Assembly (NCBI RefSeq): GCF_026571515.1
Contig: NW_026864712.1
Location: 124,001 to 188,000, forward strand
Reading direction: 5' to 3'
Length of the DNA: 64,000 nt
Source of the DNA: Ruditapes philippinarum
Lineage: Eukaryota
Part shown: piece after piece, positions 25,701-36,940 of the stretch
Layout of the letters: the number at the start of each line of letters is the position of its first letter
Position numbering within the stretch: position 1 is the first letter of the stretch
Notes under the pieces: model-generated
Databases searched by the model: none
Told to the model about the DNA's origin: nothing
Seen by the model: the letters and a program-made list of their open reading frames with translations, nothing else
Translations under genes and position numbers: made by a program

Positions 25701-28603
25701 CATGACATAAATCTAACTCTATCTAAGAAATACATTCAGTGTCTATAAATAATGAAATGTACTTTGTGACAGAAACTGTTTTTGCAGGTTGTGTTCAAAA
25801 ATGTATATTTGGGTATGTTTGATTACATCATAGTGAAATTGTATATTGTATTCATGATTAAAACACAATTTTATTAGTACAACACATTATTTTTAGTATA
25901 TATTGGCTATACTTAGGTATTTCGTGCTACCCGTGTGGCCAATTGGCTGTGCTCTGCCTTTACAATAGTTCATGTATGTAATCAGGGCTTCCACTAAGTT
26001 TCCAAAATTTGGAGTCAGACACTGCAAAATCTCTGATATTGGAAGTCACATTTATATTAGGTAAAGAAGGAAAAGTAGAACTTAAAGAAGTCACAAACCC
26101 AAAATCAGGGAGTAAATGACTCCAAAACTTCCATTAATGGACGCCCTGTATGTCATACTATTGTTAATTTTATATTGATATACCTTTTGGCTTTTAGCAT
26201 GGTTGTGAGCAATTAGGATAAAAAACATTGCCCAAGGAAACAACCATACTGTGAGCTTTCATCTTTTTCACGTGCTTTTGAGCACAGGCCAATCAAGCAA
26301 ACTTGAGGTCGATTTGTGACTGTCTTATAAGATTTTCCAAACAAAACCGCAATAGTAACCAGAAAATAAATGTTAAATCTCATAAATGTCAAAATTGGCC
26401 TCTTAAAACACTTGTAAATCGAAAAATCATCAACATTCAAGATGCGGAAATCAATATACTGTGCTAAGACCGCCATTTTGGTTGTTTGATTTACCTCCCC
26501 TTTTCCAGACTAATTCCCGTACCTTCCCGGACTTTTTTCTGTATCAACACTAATTCCCGGACTTTTCAAGGCCGGGAGCTAGTGTTTTCAAATTCACGGA
26601 CATTTCCCGTTTTCCCGGACAGCGTGGGAACCCTGTATGGGTCTTATAATTGAGAATAAACTGGAAGTTAAATGTTCATAACATTAATATTTAAGGTTTA
26701 TTTGCATCAAAACCAATACAAAAATATGAAATGATGATAAAGTTATCAACCCTGTAAATGCGGTTTTTTGGATAATATTAAGAGCAATGACATCCACAGA
26801 ACAGAAATTTCTAGAAAAGGAAGAATCCTTTAAAGAGCAAGTGAAGACGTCACATATAGGTCTGACATCGTAAAGTTGACTTAAATCAAGTTGATAATGG
26901 TGCTTTATTGTTAATACCACAGGCACTAGACACAATTTACCTCTATACGCTCATAATACAATATATTCTTTATATATAGTATTAGGAAAAGAGTCAACTT
27001 GGCCCTATACCAACTCGGCACGGGTCAACTCGGCCCACTTTACAAAAATATATATAATAACGTATTTTAATTAACTTTGCTTGGCATGTTGTTAAGGTAA
27101 ATGAATAATAAGACATATTTTATTATTACACATTGTACTTCTGCCGAAATAAAGTTAGAAAAAAAAAGGTTATTTATTTGTCTTGCAGATTCGATATAAT
27201 TAATATAGATCTAGTAAAAATGTGTTTCCTTAGATGTATTTTGTTCGTAAAGTAATATTAAAATAAATATGAAACAAAAACGTGTTTACTTAATATCATA
27301 AGCTTCTAATCAATTGCATGTGGTCACTAATCAAATTTGAATGAACGAGTCAATCATAATTATCACCTAATTAATCGGTATCCTTAACTTACACACTGAT
27401 TGATAATAATAGCCCGTGACAATAGGAGTCCTTTAATGTCTGTTTTCAATTATCATTTATTTCAATATATATCACTTTTATACAGATCTTATTTTTGTAA
27501 AATTTTCAACATTATACAGACATTACCATTTCCATACAAATCTTATTCATGTACAGATGCTTAAGTTTTTTTAACACAATAATTAATGTATGAACTAATG
27601 TTTTTTTAAAAAAAAAAAAAAACAACCTAAAAAAAAACAACCTAAATGCGTTATAGAACAAAGATACGGGGAGTGGATTATAAATAAAATATTGTTTAAA
27701 CTAGAACAAAGATGCAGCATGTAAATATCACTTATAGCTCTGTTAACGTGTATTTTTTTAATAGCGGACCAACAAAACGTCAGTTTTTTGGAGATGCACA
27801 AATTGATTATAAATAATTACAATAATTACAGTAAATACAAACCTAAATATTAATAATTGAAAAGTGGGCCGAGTTGACCCGTGCCGAGTTGGAATAGGGC
27901 CGAGCTGACTCGGGGGCCCCCCGAGTACGTTTTAGGGCCGAGCTGACCTGGATTCATAGTATAGAGGTAAATTAATTGTGTCTAGTGCCTGTGGTTAATA
28001 CAATAGGAAAACGGAAGGTGTCGAAATTACACCTGTGTAGACATTACCCGCAGTTGCTCTACCTGGATTTCTTACCATTATGCCTCTGGGTAAAATCTGG
28101 GCAAAACTGACATCGAATTGATTTGGCAACCCTCAATGATTTAGGACTAGGGCCTGCAACAGCATTACCTTTCACCCCCACCCTGCAGAATAGCTGGAAA
28201 AAATGTCTTTATTTACGAACTCTTTATAAAGGACAGAGTTTAAAGTGGTAAAATTACAATTCCTACAAACATTTTTTTTTTACTCCACCTGTTTATTATT
28301 TTGATTGAAAAGTACACCAGAAATTATCTGCTAGCATGTAGAATCTACAAATTCTAGTTTTTAGCAAATATAACGTCTTTATTAAGTTAATTAACAGTAG
28401 ATTTCTAAATCTATAAAAAAAAGTTTAAGAAACCAAAAAAAAAAAAAATCTGAAAATGACAGAAGAGCCGGCAAACCTTTGAGCCATCAATAAAATTTGC
28501 GTTCCCCTTTAAAAATCAACATTGCTGATGAAATAAGAAAACGCCAACTACTTTTTTAAAATCAATGCACTTTTACCTTTTTCTGTTGCTGTTCTTCAGA
28601 CAT
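22791..28603 (-). CDS. SUMO: Small ubiquitin-related modifier (SUMO2/3-like), 98 aa, 4 exons
   Basis: Exons 28577-28603 (MSEEQQQKK), 24202-24330 ([43 protein letters not shown]), 23119-23190 ([24 protein letters not shown]) and 22791-22859 ([22 protein letters not shown]). All introns are phase 0 and GT-AG. Diglycine motif followed by a 4-aa propeptide. Confidence 0.97.
25524..26635. mobile_element. hAT-like non-autonomous element with a 6-bp TSD (SUMO intron 1)
   Basis: TIR CAGGGTTCCCAC / GTGGGAACCCTG; TATGGG on both sides (25518-25523, 26636-26641); subterminal GGACTT repeats. Confidence 0.8.
25983..26148. mobile_element. hAT-like MITE nested in the previous element
   Basis: TIR CAGGGCTTCCA / TGGACGCCCTG; 8-bp TSD TATGTAAT vs TATGTCAT (7/8). 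Confidence 0.7.
26917..27994. mobile_element. Palindromic MITE carrying a nested about 1-kb Mutator-like element (about 26986-27955)
   Basis: Outer TIR CCACAGGCACTAGACACAAT...CCTCTATAC is flanked by TTAATA on both sides. The inner element has GGCCGAGTTG-repeat TIRs and an approximate 9-bp TSD (ATAGTAT(T)AG). Confidence 0.7.
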
Positions 28604-28660
28604 ATTTAAGTTGTTATTAAAGTATTAAAAGCAATAAACATGCGGCGTTTTCCCACTCGT

Positions 28661-28670
28661 AAAATGGCGC
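28661..28670 (-). promoter_or_regulatory. YY1-type initiator motif (GCGCCATTTT on the gene strand) near the SUMO transcription start
   Basis: AAAATGGCGC about 60 bp upstream of the SUMO ATG; a common housekeeping-promoter motif. Confidence 0.55.
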
Positions 28671-29638
28671 ACAAAGGAAAGAGCACTGCGTTTGCTCGAA
28701 AATGTAACGCAAGTTTTGATTGGTTCATAGCAATATTTGACCTTTATTGAACTTTTTACAAAAAACCCAGCATTTATTATTTTTGTTGAACAACAATAGT
28801 AAATAAACTTAATTCGACATTGCATATTGAAAATAATTATGTCCGGTAATACGAAATGATAATTATAATAAACTAAAATGAAAATAAATGTTTAGTGGCA
28901 GGTGCTCTATAAGGTTACCCTCTATAATTTGGCGCCAAATTCAAATGACCTGACCGGTCGGAGAGGTATGCTTGGAACAATTCAAAATGCTTTCAAATGT
29001 GGGCATCATTGATTGCTGGGTTTATGGGCCCGGAACGTGGTTTGCCAAATTTCCAGATTTTAAGTTTTAACAAGATCTAGATCTAGATTTTTTTAATGCT
29101 CTTGCTATCTAGCCAGAATCGCGGCTTTTAAAGGCCTTTAAAAATAACAAGTTTTGAAAGTTCGGAGATTTATTTGAAAATCTTATTTCTGTTAGCTTCT
29201 AGATCTACGATGTTGATTTATTTAAATCTAGAGCTAGATCGATTATTTATTACTATAATCAATCATGGATCCTAATATAACAATTCAATTAATCAGCGCT
29301 TTCATTACACCGGCCGGTTACTTCCCAAATTAGCACTTTGAGTGGTATTTCCCCAAAATGAGTTTAAACATAGTTTTATGCAAAAAATGAATAGCTCTAC
29401 CACATGTTATGTAATTTATGGCGGCACCATTTCATTTTTTTACCGAAAGGAAGTCCGCACCGTAGCTAGGCGTCTACACCGTTGTCGAACGTACGAAACA
29501 GAAGTCGAGTAGACAGATTTCGGCACAAATTGACAGATAAAATGTTGAAATTGCATAGATGATTTTATTCATGTGCTGTAATATACAAGCGCATTCACCT
29601 CTTGTACGGAGATGGACTCAAAAATTTACCACTTCAGT

Positions 29639-30001
29639 CAGTGGCGTAGCTACTATTAGGCCATGTATAGGCCTGGGCCTACAAGTTGCTCAAGAAATTG
29701 ACATTTTCAAAAGTCCTAAAAACACAATAAAAACAGGCGGGGTGAGGGTGGTAGCTAGGTTCAAGCCGTATATGGTCTATTCAAGTGTGTTTCAGGCTTA
29801 TGCATGATTTACCGTCCGCAGTAAAGTTTACATCTAATCAAATTCATAGTTCAAAATTATTGTTTTGATAATTTTCCTTGAAAATCCTTTGGAGCGCGCG
29901 TTTTGCTCTTTTAAAACTGAACTTGTTTTTGGCATCTGGGGGCTAACCCCAAGACCCCCTTTTAACGGCCTACAAGTTGAAAAAAGCTGGCTACGCCCCT
30001 G
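29639..30001. mobile_element. MITE, CAG...CTG termini, 5-bp TSD
   Basis: CAGTGGCGTAGC / GCTACGCCCCTG; TSD TCAGT at 29634-29638 and 30002-30006. Confidence 0.8.
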
Positions 30002-30260
30002 TCAGTCTTGATTCGAATTTTAGGTAGAAAAAATCTAGATCTAGATCTAAAGTTTTTAAACATGCAAGTCCATGATGTCTTACACACAGTGAATTTATTT
30101 TTACGTTTGGAATTCAACGTAGGCCTACTTTTCATCTTTCACTATAATGCATATTCTGGTACATGAAACGTTGCGTATCTGTTCCGTGTATTCTGCCTCC
30201 GAGAAGATGCGATTGTGGCGTCCCATTTATAGGCCTACACTAAACAAAAGCTCTAAGTAA

Positions 30261-30595
30261 CAGTGATTTTTTCCCAATTTTCAAAACAACCTGTGGCTTT
30301 CTGAAGGGGAAAATATAGCGCGATAAATCAGAAAAGGGGGAAATCAAATTCCAAGAACTGAAAGTGGAATTTACCCACACATTTTATAAAATTTTTAATT
30401 TCAATTCAATTTATCATGCATGGTACAGGGATTCTAGCTGATATAATAAGTCAGATGCTGTTATATAATGGTTCTGGTGAAGTGCACAGGGCATTACAGG
30501 GGAAAATATTAGCTTTTTTAGGGGAAAATATACCTATTTTTAGCTAGGGGAAACAGCCTTTATTCGGCTGTAAAATACAGGGGAAAAAATCACTG
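30261..30595. mobile_element. MITE, CAGTGATTTTTT TIR, 5-bp TSD
   Basis: TSD AGTAA on both sides; sister copy at 36272-36545. Confidence 0.85.
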
Positions 30596-31037
30596 AGTAA
30601 CATTACACCCATAGATCTATCATGATTTTCTGAAAATGTCATAATTATGATCAATCACAATCATGGTTATTTAATGATGTAGACCACTTATCAACCCCTT
30701 TGATTCGTACAGTAAGTGAATTGTGTGTGTTGCAACGAGCATATCATGATCGCACACGTGACTGGCGATGGCACTAATTAAGTAACACAAATATGTACAT
30801 ATATCTTCACAGCGTAATTATAATTAAAAATGCACTTCATATTAAAATTATGTCAGATTATGAAGGTAAAGGCGTAAAATCTTGTTGGATTAAATAAATG
30901 CGTTTTCACGAGAAATACTTCTGACAACCTGTTTCATTTCATAACAATTTTATAACGTGAGTAATTTAGCTTCACTTGTTAGGGGCGTAACTGAGCTATT
31001 TTGATATGTACTTCTTAAGTAGGGGGGGGGGAGGGGG

Positions 31038-31228
31038 TGTAATATGAGACTGTTTATATAAATGTATACATGCGCATGCTTAGAAAGTAGTCCAACAGTT
31101 CTTGTTAAGAGATTATCTTCAGTATTAAACTTGTAGTCATAGAACACACTTGTGTATCTTATTTCTCATTTGAGTTATACGTTTGTCTACTTGTGATATA
31201 CTCACATACAAAACCACATAACATTACA
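31038..31228 (+). repeat. 5' LTR
   Basis: Identical by eye to 35520-35710. Confidence 0.97.
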
Positions 31229-31316
31229 TGGTGTCAGAAATATTGCTGAATTTTTTAAACATTGGATTAATTATAATAATATAGTTTAACGTGACTTAAA
31301 CTAAACAACAACAACA

Positions 31317-34300
31317 ATGGATCTTAGTGGCATTCCACCACCAGTAATGAACTGGCAGAGCTCAAATTTAATTGAACAGTGGCAAAAATTTAAATTGAAC
31401 GTGGAACTTATATTTTCTGGACCACTTAAATCTAAATCAGAGGAAGAAAAAGTTTCATACTTATTGCTATGGATTGGTGACGAAGGCAGAGAAGTGTACC
31501 GAACATGGGACCTTAGTGCAGAAGACGCCAAGAAGCTAAACACATATTATGTAAAGTATAAAGATCATGTGCAACCAAAACTTAATCCGATATTTGCAAG
31601 ATATCAGTTTATGAACGAGATTCAAGGAAGTGACTCAATTGACGCTTTCGTGACGAGGCTAAGAAACAAAGCCACAGATTGTCAATTCACAGACAAAAAT
31701 GAAAACATCCGAGACAGAATTGTATTTGGATGTAATAGTTCCAAAGTACGTGAAAAACTAATAAATGAAGGCGAAAAATTAACATTAGACAAGGCAATAC
31801 AAATTGCACAAAATTACGAATATTGCCAAAAACAGATGGCAACCATGGGGGCAGCCGCGCAACAACCAATTGACGCTGTTAAGACGCAAAGGCATAATAG
31901 AAGAAAACAATCAGCAAATGGACCCACTAAGACGGGAAGGATGCAAGGACATGGATCACAAAATGTTTGTGGACGTTGTGGCACGCGACATGACCAGAGA
32001 ACAAACTGTCCGGCAAAAGGGGCTACATGCTATAAGTGTAACAAACTGAATCACTTTTCAAAGCAGTGCAAATCACAGAAAAACGCTATAAGTGTCAATC
32101 AAATAGGGGACAATAGTGACATTGAAGAAAACTTGTGCAATGCAGTTGATGGATACTCAATTAATACGGTGAGTACTAGCTTACATTCTCCAGACTGTGT
32201 TAGAACCGAAATTTGTCTTGGCCCAAACAAATGCCCAATATCATTTAAAATTGACACTGGCAGTGCTGCAAACATTCTGCCCAAGCAAAAATTTCAAAAA
32301 CTGAATTTGAGTACCCCACTTGAGGCCCCTGATTGCAAATTAACCTCATATACAGGTGAAGCACTTTCAATCTTGGGAACAGTCATGTTGACTTGTTATT
32401 TAGGAAATCAGTCAATGATTGCAAAGTTTTATGTGGTAGATAGAAATGCATCCCCTCTCTTAGGCTTGCAAACTTCATCAAACCTTGGCCTGATTAAGCT
32501 CACATTTTCTGTGGAACACTCCCTCCCTGACAAGAGTAAAACATTTCTGACCAGAGAAATAGCCATGAAAGAATACAGTGACCTGTTTTCTGGTATTGGA
32601 ACTATTGATGGTCAGTGCAGTTTGCATTTAAAGAAAATATGCAGTACCAACTATTAACCCACCACGTACAATACCCGACGCCTTAAGAGCACGTGTAAAA
32701 TCAGAGCTTGACAGAATGATTAAAGACAAAATAATCACAAAAGTCAATGAGCCTACTGATTGGGTTAATTCCCTTGTCGTTGTAGAAAAGCCCAAAACTG
32801 GGGCATTACGAATATGCCTTGACCCTAAAGCATTAAATGAGGCAATTCGTAGACCGCATTTTCCCATGCCTACTTTAGAAGATATTACATCAAAACTAAA
32901 CGGCGCATCAATTTTCAGTATTCTTGATATAACGCATGCATATTGGAGCTTACAGCTTGACAAACGTTCGTCAATGCTAACTACGTTTAACACGCCGTTC
33001 GGAAGGTATAGATGGCTTAGACTTCCGTTTGGTATATCGGCTTCCGGTGACTTATTTATGCAGAAAATAAGCGAAATTCTCGAAGGACTATCGGGCGTAA
33101 CTGCAATAGTCGACGATATTCTTGTATACGGTCGCACGCAGGAAGAACACGATAAAAATCTAAAGCACGTGCTTGAGCGCGCACGAGAAAAGGGTGTCAA
33201 ATTAAACCCAGATAAATGCAAAATTGGTGTACAAGAAGTACCATTTTTCGGTCATGTAATAAGCAAGGATGGTCTTAAACCAGACCAGTCCAAGGTCAAA
33301 GCTATAAGCGAAATAGGTCTTCCAAATACGAGGCCAAAGTTAGAAACATTTTTAGGTATGATTAATTACCTTGCAAAATTTGCGCCAAATCTCGCGGATG
33401 CGACAGCTCCCCTCAGGAGCCTCTTGAAAAAAGATGTCGAATTCTGCTGGGAAGAGCAACATGATAGAGCATTTCAAAAGGTTAAACACATGATATCTGA
33501 AGCACCTGTGTTAGGTTATTATGACCCGAAAGCACCACTCACATTAGAGTCTGACAGCTCGAAGGACGCAATAGGCACGTGTCTCATACAAAATGGCAGA
33601 CCGATTGCATATGCGTCGAAAAGTTTAACCGAAACTGAAAAGGGTTATGCTCAAATAGAGAAAGAGTTATTAGCCATATTGTATGGTTGTACTCGTTTTC
33701 ATCAGTACACATACGGCAGACATGTGACTGTACACTCAGATCACAAACCAATCGCTGTTATAATCAAAAAACCATTGTCAGCCGCACCACCTAGACTGCA
33801 GAGAATGTTATTACAATTGCAAAAGTACAACATTAAAGTTATCTATGTTCCAGGCATACACATCCCGGTCAGTGATTGCTTATCTCGACAATGTATATCA
33901 GATTCGCAGTCAGAAGTAGTTCAAGGACTTGACACACATGTGCACACTGTATGTAAACAACTCCACTTCACTGATCAAAGATTGCAAAATATCTCAGAAA
34001 TAACAAGCAGTGATAAACAAATGGTCATTTTAAAACAAACAATCATTGAAGGTTTCCCAGAGGAAAGATCAATGTGCCCATCAGATATACTTGAGTTCTG
34101 GAACCATAGGGATGAACTAAGTTATGAAAATGGTCTTATATTTCGAGGTCAAAGAATTGTTATCCCAAAATCACTCCGCTCTGAAATTATAGGTCAAATA
34201 CACACTGGGCATTTTGGTGTAAACAAAACGGTTGAGTGTGGGAAAGAAAATTTCTTTTGGCCCGGCATGATTAAACAAATCACAGAATTTGTTTTACAGT

Positions 34301-35303
34301 GTAGTACTTGTCTCTCGCATCGTAATTCAAATGCAAATGAACCGCTTATATATAAATAAGTCATGAGTTTCCTGATAGACTGTGGCAGAAAATTGGCACA
34401 GACATTTTTACTCATGATGGTAAGAATTACTTGATAACAATTGACTATTATAGTCGATTCTTTGAAATTGACTATTTGCCAGATACTCGATCAAATACCG
34501 TAATACAAAAACTTCGCGCACATATGTCTCGATATGGAATTGTAGATATTTGCATGAGTGATAACGGACCGCAATTTTCGTCAACAGAATTTGCCGAGTT
34601 CGCAAAATCATGGGGATTTACTCACATTACGTCATCACCTTATCAAAGTAGGTCAAATGGAATGGCTGAAAAGGGTGTGTCGATTGCTAAGAAAACCTTA
34701 ACTAAGGCAAAAGAATCTAGGCAAGACCCATATGTATGTATTTTAGAATACAGAAACACACCTTTAGAATGTGGTTACACCCCAAATCAGTTGTTAATGG
34801 GACGAAGGACAAAGTCTGTAGTTCCAATTTCTGAAAAAAGGCTTTAGCCCCAAACAGTTAGTCCATCAGTGGTTAAATAAAAAATGCAGAAAATCAAGTC
34901 ACAACAAAAATATTATTTTGATAAAAACTCAAAAAGTCTAAGTCCACTTCAAGCAAATGACTCAGTTCGTATTCTATTTGGTAAAAAATGGGTACCAGGA
35001 AAGGTTACTTCAAAGAATGGAGAAAGGTCATACAATGTAAAGACACAAAATGGCACAATTTACTGCCGCAATAGGAAATTCCTAATCAAAACCCAAGAAA
35101 ATCAAATAACCGATTTTCTCCCTAATGCACTTGATTCATCGTGCACACAAAAGATCAAATTACCTGATAAAAGTTTCCCACAAAATAGTGACCCTTCTAT
35201 TAACTCTCAACCACTGGCGAACACATGTGGTAATTATGTAACACGGTCTGGTAGAATTGTAAAGCCTAGTACTCGTTATCAGAATGATACTTATCAGAAG
35301 TGA
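31317..35303 (+). pseudogene. gag-pol polyprotein, disrupted
   Basis: Gag CCHC knuckle (CYKCNKLNHFSKQC), protease DTG, RT LPFG...VDDIL, RNase H AYASK...YAQIEKELLA, integrase HHCC and SDNGPQF. Broken by frameshifts at about 32635 and about 34350 and by stops at about 34845 and about 34878. Confidence 0.93.
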
Positions 35304-35519
35304 ACTGACTGATGATTATACATCTGATAAACGATCGTTGTGTAAATAAATAGATTAGTTCGTAATGATTGCTTTTAATTATACTTATATATTAAATAGC
35401 TAAAATAATTTCTAAAACAGATTCAATAATAATGTTTAAACTTTTAAAACATATTTTTTAATATTGAATGTCTGTTTGTTATGATATACAATCAAATGCT
35501 TTTATTAAAAGAAGAGAGA

Positions 35520-35710
35520 TGTAATATGAGACTGTTTATATAAATGTATACATGCGCATGCTTAGAAAGTAGTCCAACAGTTCTTGTTAAGAGATTATCT
35601 TCAGTATTAAACTTGTAGTCATAGAACACACTTGTGTATCTTATTTCTCATTTGAGTTATACGTTTGTCTACTTGTGATATACTCACATACAAAACCACA
35701 TAACATTACA
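35520..35710 (+). repeat. 3' LTR
   Basis: Identical by eye to 31038-31228; followed by the TSD GGGGG. Confidence 0.97.
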
Positions 35711-36271
35711 GGGGGCATGCTCCCCGAGAAAATTTTTGAAAAAGGAAGCGATATCTTGGCATTTCGTGACTATCTAGAGGCTATATTGACAACATATTGG
35801 TGATGTTTTCAAGCTCTTTTTATTAATTTTAAAATATGTAAAATGAACAAGTACGTTATATATCTACCATAAAACTTTTTTTATATTTATATTTGATACT
35901 TTTGCAGCACATATTTGTTATTTTGCGTCCTTCAAACTGATGTTCAGCAACAAATCTCCCGAATTCCGTAAATTATTTTAAATTAAAACTTTGGTATGCA
36001 AAGTTTACTACCCTATCTTTAATTATAAATATTTATGAGACTTAGACCAGACATACGCTCTGTCTCCAACGTACGTACGTACGTTTTAGTGCAGTTGTTG
36101 CCGAGAACTGGCAAGACCACTAAAAGGGTCAAACAGTGCTTCACGTTTGGGTACAGAGCCTTGCATTCTTGCTTGCATGCGTCCGTTGGACGGCAAGTGT
36201 CAAGTTTACGTTAGTCCACCACATACGCCACAGCTAACACTGATATTCTCGGACAAAGATGGGTTTATTCA

Positions 36272-36545
36272 CAGTGATTTTTTTTCCAATTTTCAAAACT
36301 GAAAATGGAATTTACCAACACATTTTATGGGAAAAAATTAATATCAAATCAATTTAACATGCATGGTACATAGCAGAGGCTTTATAAAGGGAAAGATTTC
36401 TGTCTTCTAGATGATATAAGTCAGATGCTGTTAAGTTATGGTTCTGGTAAGGAAGAGCACGAGGCATTTTAAGGGAAAATATAAGTATTTTGGGCTAGGG
36501 GAAACAGCCTTTATTCGGCTGTAAAATACAATGAAAAAATCACTG
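36272..36545. mobile_element. MITE, same family as 30261-30595
   Basis: Same TIR and internal sequence; TSD ATTCA on both sides. Confidence 0.85.
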
Positions 36546-36940
36546 ATTCACATTTAAGCTTGCGTTTAAAATGCGAGATACAATGCCCCAACTCTCGGAA
36601 AGACCGCCATTTTGCACCTTCATAAATAGCAACTGTTGTAACAATTTTAATATATTAATTACGACTGACAATAGTGCGAACATTGTGAATGTGAATGTTT
36701 TGGCCTGTTAAATATTTCATTACATTATAATATATAAAAAAAATACCGCGTTAAATTACATGCAAAGATATTTTAAAATCTCCTTTCAGAAACCTTAGTA
36801 AATTAATTAAAAATCTTTGCATATAACATAGATTATGTGGAGTTACATTTAGAACTCACGCGTGAGAATTAAGTCTCTTTTTTTACGACATTTTACCTTT
36901 TTACGCATATACGTTAATCTATTCGACGTGATTTTTTTAC

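Larger units (their letters stand above)
31038..35710 (+). mobile_element. Full-length Ty3/Gypsy LTR retrotransposon, Mag-clade/Steamer-like
   Basis: 191-bp TG...CA LTRs, 5-bp TSD GGGGG, PBS TGGTGTCAGAA (31229-31239, tRNA-Leu type), PPT AAAAGAAGAGAGA before the 3' LTR, domain order gag-PR-RT-RH-IN. Confidence 0.97.

Noticed and set aside
32625-32660. Programmed ribosomal frameshift between gag-PR and RT
   Set aside because: It falls after the protease inside a conserved LKxxAxP..PPR segment. Related elements have a single ORF, and other lesions are present, so a mutation or assembly error is more likely.
32628-33221. 197-aa antisense ORF within the retrotransposon
   Set aside because: Shadow of the RT reading frame, with no independent evidence.
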